A stretch of 50,368 nt of DNA from Octopus bimaculoides (GCF_001194135.2 NC_068987.1:98967657-99018024), one strand, 5' to 3'; positions 1 through 11,845 are shown, counted from the first letter of the stretch. Numbers and translations: made by a program. Notes: generated by a model from the letters alone, not told the origin.

Positions 1-229
1 ATATATATATATATATATATGTATGTATATGTATGTATTATGTATGTACGTATGTATATATGTATGTAGACACACATATGTTTGTGCTTGTATGCATGAG
101 GCTGTGTCACCTTGATTATCATGCAACTACAATACATGCACAAATGCAATTCTGTATCTACACGAGTGTATATGTAGTTGTTATATTCTAAAATCTCGTA
201 ATGCTTCATATATATTCATTTTTTCATTA

Positions 230-1400
230 ATGGCTTATAACAGTACTTATCGTATCCATCTTGTCAAGATTGTTGCTGATGCAGGGATGCGGATCGAAAT
301 ACACCAAACTCCATCTATAATATCACGTATAAACCTGTATCTGGCTGGTGGTTTTATCTTTAAACATAGGTTATTATCTGCTGCACAATTAGTTTTCATC
401 AACGCGCGTCATTTGTTTTTGCTTAAGGTTATTCTATGTGTCCTATTACGTTTTGAACACTACTTATTGGAATTATTATTGTACATTGACTCTACATCCC
501 CATTTCCACTTGTATATTTATTCAAATCTACCCTTTTTAACAACCGCGCTCTTTAATGAATTGGTCTGCGACTCCATATGTCTTAGATAGATAGTATTAA
601 TAGATAATTTTCGGATTGCTGCTGAAGCTGTGGATGAATTCTTCCCAATTGATATCACAGATCCTGTATCGTCTGCAGCATCTTGTTAGTTAAGCTGCAT
701 CTCTTCCATTTTGTGAGTCATGTATTCCCTTGTTTTGTCCTCCATATATTACACTCGCATATTTTCCAGCGTGAAAGGTAATATACTTATTCTTTGTCAT
801 ATGTGACGCGATAACCTTCGTTAGCTACGTTACCGTTAGTTTATATTTTTCCCACAACATAGTCATGTATAACCTGCTAGTGTGAGCATCAATCTTTTCA
901 TGTGATAATTTGTTGCTGTTGAGCTGTTCAACCTCCTTAGATGTTATCAACAAGGAAATATTTTCAGAGAAGCTGATTATCAACTCTTATGATGTTATCT
1001 GTCGCAGATATGCAGTCTAAATTCAAAAACGTGTTTAGACACTTGTATGCTAGTAGATGATGTTGAAGGAATATTATGCAACTTCCAAAGGATGTTTCAA
1101 TCAATGATAAACCTCTATATCCTTCCTGTCTTCCTACATAAAATCAATGAATATATTAATATGGAAATTTGTCGTGATGTTAGTAGTTTGTATATGATTG
1201 TCTTGGATTTCACCTAGCATATTTGAGTTGTTCCTTGTCTGGTATGAGTAATTGAACTGGGAAAATATTGTAGGTATGCAGAAAATTCTAAGGACCATAA
1301 TTTTTCATCCTTTCATCCAGTATTTGTAGTTATTGGTAATGCATGCCTTGTTACAAATTCCATCATACGATAGTTTTCCATCTTTCCATCTGAAGAATTT
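230..1400 (-). mobile_element. Highly decayed R4/Dong-like non-LTR retrotransposon fragment (RT thumb toward C-terminus)
   Basis: Manual minus-strand translation across frameshifts gives FYVGRQEGYRGLSLIETSF (cf. R4/Dong LYLPRKEGGRGL..LE) and KIMVLRIFCIPTIFSQFN (cf. NTLAKPIVTYNFN in the 10861 copy). Many stops. Confidence 0.5.
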
Positions 1401-2703
1401 ATGATCTTTCTTCACTCTAGACGAAATAGATACTTTATTGAAATGTTTAATGACTACTCATAGTTTTCCTTGTTTTACAGCCTAAATTCTATTCAAATAG
1501 CTTTGAAAACGTCATTAGCATTTTAATACATATTATTCATATTCGTGCGGCACAGCTTCAGATCCTCTGAAAATAAACTATTTATTAATGTCTGTTTCTT
1601 CCTTTAGCCGATAAATACACAAAAATATGTCTAAGGGTTTACTGCATGTATCAGCCACCTTACTGACCCCTTAACACATACACCTCTGATACACGAAATG
1701 AAATTCTTGTATTTAACATCAGGATGATGCCCCAGTACGAATGTAAGTTGTCAAAAACTGATTCTGAATTCTGAGACGTTAGGAACTAGTTTTTTCAATA
1801 TTTAGAAATGCAGAGCATGAATACTTTTTGACAATACGTTCAGAGTAAAAATTCTCCTTCAGTCGCACTAAGTAAATTTTGCTACTTTGAATCCCCAGTT
1901 AATAATGAATATGTTTAGGAACGTATGTATTATATTGATAAGTTGTAAAATTCCGCATGAATAAAAACATTTGCCATTTAATTTTATAATTACGTTTAAA
2001 TAACGAATAAATGTGAAAACGGACTATGCAGTCACAGATAAATTATATACATTTTATGATTTATGAATCTGCAGCGTCAAACAAACTAAGCAATATAAAT
2101 CCATATGTGTTGCAATCTGCTTGACTAATACGTATGTATAAGTATACGCATGCGCGCATGCATTTATGTTAATGGTGTGTACACTTTTAGACTAAAACAT
2201 TATTGTTCAAAAATCATGTTTTACAAAACGCAGTTCGAATCTTCTGTATGGTATTCCAAATGTATATCTATCTTCATTATTTGTAATATTGAATTGATCT
2301 CCGGTCCTATCTATGTAACCTGCAGTAAATATTTCGGTTTCTTTTGTTCTTGACCTGCTACTGAACGTAAATTCAAAGATTTGCAGTATGATTCTCTTAA
2401 TAGCCACCTTTAAACTCACTTTAATGGTACTGCATCTATTTCTTATAATTTTCTGTACCAATGAGCTAGCTTACTAGCGTACTTTCTTATCACCTGTTGA
2501 CCACAATTGTCCTTACATCATTTCGTTTCGTACTAAACAGCAAGTGCATCTCTTATCTCAATAACATTTTACTATCTCTCTTCTTGCACGTACAAACGTA
2601 TCTACCATATTTTTTTTTTCCAGATTTATCAGCAACATTTACATACTCAATTAAGGTCAAGCTCTTTAAAATGTGAATTTGGCAATAATGTCTTGAAACT
2701 GAC

Positions 2704-2763
2704 CGTAAACATGCGTGGATCTTGATAATATGTCGTGGATTTTGCCGCAGTGTCAGCTGTTGG
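2704..2763 (-). CDS. Candidate 60-nt internal exon of an unidentified gene
   Basis: Pyrimidine-rich tract tattttctctcttccttttctttc..tacAG, donor acg|GTCAGT, two open frames (PTADTAAKSTTYYQDPRMFT / QQLTLRQNPRHIIKIHACL). No homology recognised. Confidence 0.3.
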
Positions 2764-3497
2764 CTGTATTTCATCGAAAGAAAAGGAAGAGAGAAAATAT
2801 GATTCTTTCCTAGTACTAATCCATATTAGCTCCAACAATTAGTAAACTTCGAAATCGCTCCAAACAATAGATTTACTGATAGTTTCATACCGTTACAAAG
2901 ACAACGGAAACAAGACGGCTGTGATGTACCAAATCAGATTAAAATTTCATCAATCAAATTAGATTAACCGAAACAGAGTGGTAATATTAAAGTCATTATT
3001 TATTTAAAAGTTAGCTACATTTATGAGCTAACTTTTAATATAACGCACATTTTATATGTGAGAAAAGGTTTATATTTCGAAATGTGAGGACGTTTTTCAC
3101 AAACGTATTTTATTATTTTGTTTCGTATTTGTTTTTTGTTTTCTTTTGCTTCATACCTACACATGATCTTCAATAGAGTAACACACATTTAGATTACAAA
3201 AACCTTACATAAACAGCATCGTCTGAGAAGTCAAACGCAGTGGTTGTCACATGTTGATGTATTCGGGAGTGCAGAAATTTTAGAGATATGCAGATATGGA
3301 CATAATATTTCGTTCAAAAACGAATCAACCCTGCAGTTAGCTGCTGCCCGTGTCATCGTACGTCATCAGTTTCTGAACCAATCATTTGGTGCAACAACTT
3401 TATTTATCTACGCACTTAAATTGTATGTTGTATGGTCTGTGTTGTTTGCTTTGCACATTCAGGTCGATGAACGACCGCTTGTGACTTCAATTATATG

Positions 3498-3500
3498 AGA

Positions 3501-3533
<33 letters not shown>

Positions 3534-3944
3534 TTGTGTGCCCGCGCATGTATATATATGTATATAACAATAGCATGGATACACACAAATGAATACGTGT
3601 GTGGGTGGTACAGTGAGAGGTGTTCCATATTTGAAACAAAGTATTTGCACCAGTAAACAAAGCTAAGTTGAAAGCAGAGATGTAATATATTTACTTCGTT
3701 TCATGTTTGAATTCAATCAAAGCTTCTTTTTATTAACACATATAACTACGGCTAAGCCCATCATTAGTGAAATACACTATATTTATGTGATAATGCATAT
3801 AATAATCGCTCCACAAATACACTTATCAAGCACACACACACAAACATATGTACATAATTGTACATGAATGTGTATATATAAATATATATATATTTATCTC
3901 CCCCCTCTCTCTCTCTCTGTATATATATATATATATATATATAT
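3498..3944. repeat. (TG)n, (CA)n, (CT)n and (AT)n microsatellites leading into assembly gap 3945-4858
   Basis: Direct reading. Confidence 0.9.
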
Positions 3945-4867
3945 NNNNNNNNNNNNNNNNNNNNNNNNNNNNNNNNNNNNNNNNNNNNNNNNNNNNNNNN
4001 NNNNNNNNNNNNNNNNNNNNNNNNNNNNNNNNNNNNNNNNNNNNNNNNNNNNNNNNNNNNNNNNNNNNNNNNNNNNNNNNNNNNNNNNNNNNNNNNNNNN
4101 NNNNNNNNNNNNNNNNNNNNNNNNNNNNNNNNNNNNNNNNNNNNNNNNNNNNNNNNNNNNNNNNNNNNNNNNNNNNNNNNNNNNNNNNNNNNNNNNNNNN
4201 NNNNNNNNNNNNNNNNNNNNNNNNNNNNNNNNNNNNNNNNNNNNNNNNNNNNNNNNNNNNNNNNNNNNNNNNNNNNNNNNNNNNNNNNNNNNNNNNNNNN
4301 NNNNNNNNNNNNNNNNNNNNNNNNNNNNNNNNNNNNNNNNNNNNNNNNNNNNNNNNNNNNNNNNNNNNNNNNNNNNNNNNNNNNNNNNNNNNNNNNNNNN
4401 NNNNNNNNNNNNNNNNNNNNNNNNNNNNNNNNNNNNNNNNNNNNNNNNNNNNNNNNNNNNNNNNNNNNNNNNNNNNNNNNNNNNNNNNNNNNNNNNNNNN
4501 NNNNNNNNNNNNNNNNNNNNNNNNNNNNNNNNNNNNNNNNNNNNNNNNNNNNNNNNNNNNNNNNNNNNNNNNNNNNNNNNNNNNNNNNNNNNNNNNNNNN
4601 NNNNNNNNNNNNNNNNNNNNNNNNNNNNNNNNNNNNNNNNNNNNNNNNNNNNNNNNNNNNNNNNNNNNNNNNNNNNNNNNNNNNNNNNNNNNNNNNNNNN
4701 NNNNNNNNNNNNNNNNNNNNNNNNNNNNNNNNNNNNNNNNNNNNNNNNNNNNNNNNNNNNNNNNNNNNNNNNNNNNNNNNNNNNNNNNNNNNNNNNNNNN
4801 NNNNNNNNNNNNNNNNNNNNNNNNNNNNNNNNNNNNNNNNNNNNNNNNNNNNNNNNNNTATATATAT

Positions 4868-5210
4868 ACTCTTTTACTCTTTACTCTTTTACTTGTTTCA
4901 GACATTTGACTGTGGCCATGCTAACGCACCGCCTATAATCGGGCAAATCGACCCCAGGACTTATTCTATGTAAGCCTACTCTATCGGTCTCTTTTGCCGA
5001 ACCGCTTAGTTACGTGGACGTAAGCACACCACCATCGGTTGTCAAGCGATGTTGGGGGGACAAACACAGACACACAAAAAACACACACACACATACATAT
5101 ATGCGTATATACGACGTGGTTCTTTCAGTTTCTGTCTACCAAATCCACTCAGAAGGCTTTGGTCGGCCCGAGGCTATAGTAGAAGACAGTGGGACTGAAC
5201 CGGGAACACC
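4868..5210 (-). mobile_element. tRNA-derived SINE, family B (head ...gttcagtcccactg..., (CA)n middle, ttttactc tail), internally deleted
   Basis: Same body as 25808-26410, 20401-20546 and 43083-43370 (gtctaccaaatccactca..ggctttggtcggcccgaggctatagtagaagac). Confidence 0.85.
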
Positions 5211-5258
5211 TACGCATATATATATACGTGTATAGCGAAGACATGTTACGATTAAGTC

Positions 5259-5297
5259 GAGAAATTTGAAAAGACAACACGGAACCGGTTATTTCTC
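5259..5297 (+). ncRNA. Mutated copy of a minimal type-I hammerhead ribozyme (GAAA changed to GGAA)
   Basis: GAGAAAT-TTGAAAA-G-acaaca-C-GGAA-CCGGT-T-ATTTCTC, the mirror of 6515-6553. Confidence 0.5.
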
Positions 5298-5611
5298 CAA
5301 ATACAACGTTTATATACCAAAAAAATTTATAACATTTTTCTGACATAATTCAAATATATACTTTAACTATGTAACACAAGCCATCTGTAGTTTTTTTCAC
5401 TCTTGTTTATCTTTTATATATATATATATATATAAATTCAAATTACGACAAACGTAAACAAACAAGCGAAGATTACTTTTAGAAGCGTTGAGATGTCTTT
5501 TTTATAGAAAGTTAAAGAAGTGATGTTTAAATTCTCAATCGCAGAATAATGCTAATAATATAGCCTGAACAGGATAAACTCTCCCTATTTTTGCAGAGAA
5601 AAGTGTAGGTG

Positions 5612-5685
5612 GCCAGGTGTGGACTCGAACTCACATCCCCATCATGACATGTGACGATGCTTTTGCCGATTAAGCTAAACTCACC
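5612..5685 (-). other. tRNA-like sequence (Pol III A and B boxes) embedded in the PLE-derived repeat
   Basis: Minus strand GGTGAGTT-TAGCTTAATCGG (A box)...GAGTTCGAGTCC (B box). Imperfect acceptor stem and 10-nt anticodon loop, so not a functional tRNA. Confidence 0.7.
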
Positions 5686-6514
5686 ACCACAAATTCTTCT
5701 GCAAATTAAGATATATAAATCTCGCTTTATGAGACGCTCTCATATGTTAAATTCAAATTACGACAAACGTAAACAAACAAGCGAAGCTTGCTTTTAGCAG
5801 CTGGCCACCTACACTTTTCTCTGCAAAAAATAGGGATGGTTTATCCTGTTCAGGCTATATTATTAGCATTATGCTGCGATTGAGAATTTAAACATCACTT
5901 CTTTAACTTTCTATAAAAAAAGACATCTCAACGCTTCTAAAAGAAAGCTTCGNNNNNNNNNNNNNNNNNNNNNNNNNNNNNNNNNNNNNNNNNNNNNNNN
6001 NNNNNNNNNNNNNNNNNNNNNNNNNNNNNNNNNNNNNNNNNNNNNNNNNNNNNNNNNNNNNNNNNNNNNNNNNNNNNNNNNNNNNNNNNNNNNNNNNNNN
6101 NNNNNNNNNNNNNNNNNNNNNNNNNNNNNNNNNNNNNNNNNNNNNNNNNNNNNNNNNNNNNNNNNNNNNNNNNNNNNNNNNNNNNNNNNNNNNNNNNNNN
6201 NNNNNNNNNNNNNNNNNNNNNNNNNNNNNNNNNNNNNNNNNNNNNNNNNNNNNNNNNNNNNNNNNNNNNNNNNNNNNNNNNNNNNNNNNNNNNNNNNNNN
6301 NNNNNNNNNNNNNNNNNNNNNNNNNNNNNNNNNNNNNNNNNNNNNNNNNNNNNNNNNNNNNNNNNNNNNNNNNNNNNNNNNNNNNNNNNNNNNNNNNNNN
6401 NNNNNNNNNNNNNNNNNNNNNNNNNNNNNNNNNNNNNNNNNNNNNNNNNNNNNNNNNNNNNNNNNNNNNNNNNNNNNNNNNNNNNNNNNNNNNNNNNNNN
6501 NNNNNNNNNNNNNG

Positions 6515-6553
6515 GAGAAATAACCGGTTTCGTGTCGTCTTTTCAAATTTCTC
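6515..6553 (-). ncRNA. Minimal type-I hammerhead ribozyme, U3:A8 core variant
   Basis: GAGAAAU-UUGAAAA-G-acgaca-C-GAAA-CCGGU-U-AUUUCUC: 7-bp stem I, 1-bp stem II, palindromic stem III (ACCGGU). Confidence 0.65.
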
Positions 6554-6720
6554 TACTTCATTGTAACATGTGTTCGCTCCAGTCTGAAATGAAGAGTTCT
6601 CGATAGTTTGGGTTTGTATTTTTGAATGAAAAAAGTTTCCTTATTTAATCTAATTTGTGTTGGTGTTCTAATGGCACATTGATAGAAAGGAAAGATGATA
6701 AATTGTGGTATTAGGTGGTG
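6554..6720 (-). mobile_element. Penelope-like element, C-terminal end of the GIY-YIG endonuclease ORF
   Basis: Translation QFIIFPFYQCAIRTPTQIRLNKETFFIQKYKPKL fits the PLE EN terminus pattern (F.IFPFY...R..KE..FI.K.KP.L). Immediately followed by the hammerhead on the same strand. Confidence 0.6.
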
Positions 6721-7234
6721 TAGAAAGCCAGTCAGAGGAATTGGTCGAGCCGGAAAGAGGAATAGAGGGACAAAGGAGAAAGCGTGCGTGAGTGTATAGT
6801 GTGGGTCGATAAAAAAAGGGATAGTGCAGAGAGTTAATGTTGGTTGATATCGGAATTGCTTTCATTGTTTAGTGTTAAATGTCTAGTGGATGTAAATCAC
6901 TAAATAGTATTTCTGGACCCAAAATTCTTTGCATAAAAAGGTTCGTTTTTACTCACCTCCAAACTTGAAAGGTATGTTCATAGTCAAGTAATACAGTGTA
7001 TGTTGAATTACCTGATGTTCTTATTGGCTTTTATCAAAAAACAATTGGGGCTCACATCCAAATCTATAGTATATAATTTCAGAAATTTGGATTGCGAAAA
7101 TTTTATCACTCTATATAGGTGTTTCTAATCGGTTTCTAGCCTGACAAATTATATTTGGGTTAAATATACGCGTAGATAAATGCATGAATGTAATTAGCTA
7201 ATGTTAAAGATACAATCAGATAAAAGTGTATACC

Positions 7235-7515
7235 GACACGCCGTCGTTTACGACGGCAAGTGTTCCAGCTGATCCGATCAACAGCACAGACTGCTCGTGA
7301 TATTAACGTGCACGCAGGGGAGATTTAACCTGAACCAGAATGTGACAACTCTAATAATTTGAATTACAGGCAAGACTAATTTTTGGTGGCTGAGTGGACA
7401 GGAGCAGCCTAAAATAAAGTGTCTTGCTCAAGGATACAACATAGCACCGGGACTCGATCTCGTGATCTTAAGATTGTATGCGGGATAACCTAAATACTAA
7501 ACAACGCGTCTCCAC
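7235..7515 (-). mobile_element. Decayed tRNA-derived SINE (family C-like tail, family D-like head)
   Basis: cgtcgtttacgacggcaagtgttccagctgatccgatcaac..ctgctcgtgatattaacgtgca matches 28130-28205. aaataaagtgtcttgctcaagga resembles 39440-39480. Confidence 0.7.
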
Positions 7516-8067
7516 AGATAAATGTATAAACATTACATAAATATACAAATTCATGAGCGTAGCAACATACTCATATACATACATACATACATGCATGTAT
7601 ACATACATACATACATACATACAAACATACATTTCGAAGCCTGTTCGAGCCACTCTAAATTACGTTTTCTATAGACATGACAGACGTTCTTTCAATATCG
7701 TAAAACGATACTTCGAATTTTCTGATACCCTTTTAAAAATGAGAATTGTACGTAATTTACGCTATAAGAATTTAGAAACATCATGAAATATGAAATCATT
7801 TTAAACTTTGTAATTCGAAGTAAATAAAGCTATAAATAATACCATGTTCAATAGTGGGTTACGAGAATAATATAGGAATATCATATATAAGATTCTGGTT
7901 CTTCAGGACAAGATAATTTTAACTAGGACAGTTATATATTTTTGTTTTTGCTAAAGTCTGATGAATGTGCTTTGTGGGAAATCTTTATAATATATCTAAC
8001 AAGTAAAATATCACCATATATACCCCATTGTTGACTCTACCGGTGAATTGGTATTGTTGTAAATATT

Positions 8068-8163
8068 GTTTTCTATTCTAGGCACAACTGGTACTTAATT
8101 TATCGACCCCGAAAGGATGAAAGAGAGACGAAATACCGCTAAGCGTTTCGCCTGGCGTGCAAA
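8068..8163 (-). mobile_element. SINE family A fragment (internally deleted)
   Basis: aactggtacttaatttatcgaccccgaaaggatgaaag is the reverse complement of the family A core. Confidence 0.85.
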
Positions 8164-8267
8164 CTGTTGTAAATATTAATGTTTCAATTAACAAATTTCA
8201 TTAAAATAAGAACATTGGAAGTTCTACTAAAGTATGGTAACATATCACTACTTGAAAGTGTAATAGA

Positions 8268-8332
8268 GTACAACTAGTAAAATAGGGCCGTACAACTAGT
8301 AAAATAGGGCCGTACAACTAGTAAAATACGAG
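8268..8332. repeat. 22-bp tandem repeat, about 3 copies (GTACAACTAGTAAAATAGGGCC)
   Basis: Direct reading; the third copy diverges at its end. Confidence 0.95.
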
Positions 8333-8669
8333 CGTATGCTTACATTTCTGTCAACTAATTAATTGTTTAATATTCATTCCATGTCATGTACAAGCAAACG
8401 TACATGTTTCTCTTTACTCGAAATGATTTATTCAATAAACAACGATAAAATTCTACTTTTAAGTCTTTTCCCCCAAAACTCAAATCCATGTTCATTTTCT
8501 TAATACATTTCCCCATTACCCTTCTACTCTTATTTTCTTTTCTCATTTTTTTCTCCTTTATTTGCACTTCTCTCTCTGCTACATCTAACAAAACCGAAAA
8601 AGTATCGCTGTTATTGTTAGATAACCTTCCTAGATATGCTTAGGATTTAAATACCAGGATGCATTCGTA

Positions 8670-8846
8670 CGAGAGGATGTTGAAGAGTTCCTGGTTTTAA
8701 GTTATTTTCCAGAGCTTCGGAAAACTGAAGGATTGCTGCAATAAATGTGTGAATCTGTGAGTGGAATACGTTCAATAAAATCACAATCAACTAAACCTTC
8801 TCTATTTTCTTTTATCCAAAGCCAGGAAATTTTCAGCACTTCCTCG
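8670..8846. mobile_element. Mariner-type MITE with about 27-bp imperfect TIRs and TA target duplication
   Basis: TA|cgagaggatgttgaagagttcctggtt ... agccaggaaattttcagcacttcctcg|TA. Confidence 0.8.
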
Positions 8847-8904
8847 TACAGCAAGATAAAAACAGTGGAACAATTGAATAAATGAAATATAAACACAAAA
8901 GAAC

Positions 8905-9017
8905 CTGTAGGTGCGCCGTAAGCGAAGGAACTTGTATATGCTTGTTGTCTTCCTCATGACACAGATATCAAATAGATGTTTTTTATCACCAATGAAATGA
9001 TCGACTAAATAAGGGAT
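8905..9017 (-). CDS. Candidate 113-nt exon (IPYLVDHFIGDKKHLFDICVMRKTTSIYKFLRLRRTY)
   Basis: Acceptor aacttacAG, only one open frame, donor cag|GTTCTT is weak. No homology recognised. Confidence 0.25.
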
Positions 9018-9614
9018 CTGTAAGTTCAGTGTGAAATTTATAGAAATAATGTTTATCATTTCTTACACGACTTACATTCATCTATATTTTAAGGGTGACG
9101 CATAAATTTATAAGAACACCATTTGAAGAAAGCTGTATAGTTTAAAAGACATAAGCGGTTTCCATCGACTCACAGTTTTTTTCCTTATATATATATATTT
9201 TAAAGTTCAAAAGAACACAAACGGTAACAAAAACAAAACAAATACAAAACGAGTTGTTTTCAAATGATATTTGCTGACACAGACCATTTTAATCTATAAA
9301 TTCCTAGCAAAATGGCGACACTGTCTGAGATTCACGATACACAGAGATACATCAAACAATTGCATGAGGCTATAAATCTAATGCACCTTCCAAGCATTTT
9401 TGCTGCAAGATTTATAAAGCAAAGTTGAAAATTCAAATGTTTATTGCTGTCAGCATATGAAGAAAGAGATGTGAGGTAGCGATGATATACATTTTAAAAC
9501 AAGTTACAGCAGAAACAGCTCGGAATTTCTGAGAGACTTTCTGAGATTAATACTATACATTATCACGCACCAGGAGAAATGAAGACAAATAGAACAGGAT
9601 TACATGAACGCACA

Positions 9615-9636
9615 CACACGCACGTATATACTCGCA

Positions 9637-9676
<40 letters not shown>

Positions 9677-10000
9677 GAGAGAGAGAGAGAGAGAGATAGA
9701 GAAAGAGAGAGAGAGAGAGAGAGATAGAGAGATAGAGAGAGAAATAGATAAATATATCTACAGATATATGCATATATATGTGTAGATATGCATGTATACA
9801 CATATACATATATGTATATAAATATATGTATGTGTACACACCCACATGTAGAGATAAGCGTATATGTATATGTATATACATATGCATACATATAGATATA
9901 TGTATGTATTTTTTCGGTGCGATTGTATGTATATTTATAAATATATATATATATATATACATATATACACACGCAAGTAGGTATACACGAATTTATGCAT
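9615..10000. repeat. Compound (AT)n/(AG)n/(ATGT)-like microsatellite block
   Basis: Direct reading. Confidence 0.9.
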
Positions 10001-10704
10001 GATTGCGTAACAAATGGAAATGGTACGATATAGAAAAACAATTTCTTGACAGATTTTATTCATATTTATATATATGCGAATAGCGTTGAATAAGATGTTA
10101 CAAAAATACTAACACATATACGAATTCACACATAAGCAAATACATATATAACTTTGTAAATGCATAGCATACGTTATAAAACGGAAAAGAAATTTTCGTA
10201 AAATTGATTTTGATAACTCGTGATTTCTGATGTACACACTAAAAATACATGAAAACACAAAATTTAATGCATATTGATAGATTATATATAATGCATGCTC
10301 TCTCAAGACTAGCACCACACACACATACACACACACACACACACACATACACACACAAATACAAACACGCGCACACACACAGAGATAGACAGACAGAGAA
10401 AGATAGCTAGATAAGTAGATAGATGCGCCTATATGTGATTGTACAAAGGATACATCAGTAACATATATATATAATGAAAAGTATACAATGGACGCAAAGC
10501 GTCCCATGCAGTAACAAAAAAAGTATATAACATGTAAATTTATATCATGTGTATATAAGATTATGATGTAGGAAAATTTAACTACACGACTATTTTAATG
10601 CGCGTTCAAGGAAATAGTGCATCTTACGGAAATACACACAATATACTTAACCATATTCACACATATATCTTTGTATGTATATATGTGTGTGCGTGTACGT
10701 ATTG

Positions 10705-10720
10705 AATAATAATAATAATA

Positions 10721-10761
<41 letters not shown>

Positions 10762-10779
10762 AATGATAATAACAACAAC

Positions 10780-10860
<81 letters not shown>
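10705..10860. repeat. Compound trinucleotide array (AAT)-(GAT)-(AAC)-(AAT)n
   Basis: Direct reading. Confidence 0.95.
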
Positions 10861-11555
10861 TGAATGCAAGAAACAGGATTGAAGTGATCAATACTTTAGC
10901 CAAACCGATCGTGACTTACAATTTCAATACCATTAACTGGTCAATTACTGAAATATTTAATCTTGACAGAAAAATACAAAAATTGTTGACAATGCATAGA
11001 ATGCACCACCCCCAGGCAGATAAAGAACGATTTTACCTGCCAAGAAAACAGGATGGCCAGTGACTTTGACAACTGGAATTAACAATGAAGATTGCCACTC
11101 CGATGACTGGATGTTAAAACTTGTCTTAAAGCATGAAATCTCCATACTCAGTGACAAAACAGGCAAAGGAATATCTAAGTGAATTCCAAATGCAACAAAT
11201 CTCAAAATCAGACTTATTGGAAACAATCACAAACAAAGCTAAGCGTATGAAAACCTGTACTAAAAGTAGATACTTTACTGATAAATGGTAAGAAAAAGTT
11301 TTAAATGGCAAATACCCAATGAGAGTTAATAATGCCGATGTTGACAAAGCCCTTACCCAGCAATGGTTAGTGTGTTCTGGCTTCAAATCAGAAACAGAAG
11401 GGTTTATCATAGCAGCCCAATATCAATGCCTACCTACAAAGATTTACCAGGCCAATATATCAAGGAACGGCAATAGCCCAACACGTGGTGTATGTAAACA
11501 ACGAAATGAAACTATTGATCATGTCTCCATGTGCAGTATTCTTGCGCCTACAGAT
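10861..11555 (+). mobile_element. R4/Dong-like LINE fragment: RT thumb to zinc-knuckle region, frameshifted
   Basis: NARNRIEVINTLAKPIVTYNFNTINWSITEIFNLDRKIQKLLTMHRMHHPQADKERFYLPRK, then KSETEGFIIAAQYQCLPT...VCKQRNETIDHV. These are typical R4/Dong motifs. Confidence 0.85.
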
Positions 11556-11845
11556 TCTTCCACTGCAAACCGGTCCAAAATCACATTTATGTTTCATTTT
11601 GATACGCTTCTGAACTGCGTTGAAGCATTTCACCACCCATTTTGTGGAAGGCTTTCTCATGTTCACAATATTTTGGCTGATGTAGCCAACTCTTTCGCAG
11701 GAAATTCCCAGTCTGAGCAATGACTTTAGCTGAATTCTGGCTGTCCACGAGAATCATGGAGTGCACAGCGTCGGTTCTGACCTTTGTGATCGCGGAAGTT
11801 GATCGTCCTGACTGGAGTCCGTCTGTGACCTCGAAATGACCAGTG
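11556..11845 (-). mobile_element. Mariner transposase fragment (HTH to WVP region)
   Basis: DGLQSGRSTSAITKVRTDAVHSMILVD..SAKVIAQT / LGISCERVGYISQNIVNMRKPSTKWVVKCFNAVQKR, matching mariner DxxRSGRP...RKLSAKWVP motifs. Confidence 0.8.

Larger units (their letters stand above)
5234..6578. repeat. Long inverted duplication (arms 5234-5616 and 5801-6578, right arm spans a gap) of a PLE 3-prime region
   Basis: 5467-5616 is the reverse complement of 5801-5952, and 5234-5298 is the reverse complement of 6514-6578. A 38-bp direct repeat lies at 5434-5471 and 5749-5786. Confidence 0.9.

Noticed and set aside
1385-1435. CTGAAGA...GAAA hammerhead-like spacing
   Set aside because: No stem I or stem II complementarity.
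3826-4938. Long ORFs of 200-440 aa here and at the other gaps (15141, 22694, 29658, 41404, 43989, 45542, 48388)
   Set aside because: They are runs of N translated as X plus microsatellite flanks.
7953-7990. CTGATGA...GAAA hammerhead-like spacing
   Set aside because: No stem II closing pair and no stem III/NUH arrangement.
8268-8332. Direct repeats as a possible CRISPR array
   Set aside because: Units are contiguous with no spacers, and the context is eukaryotic.
10595-10903. Poly-Asn, poly-Asp, poly-Tyr and poly-Ile ORFs
   Set aside because: They are frames of an (AAT)/(GAT) microsatellite with no coding context.
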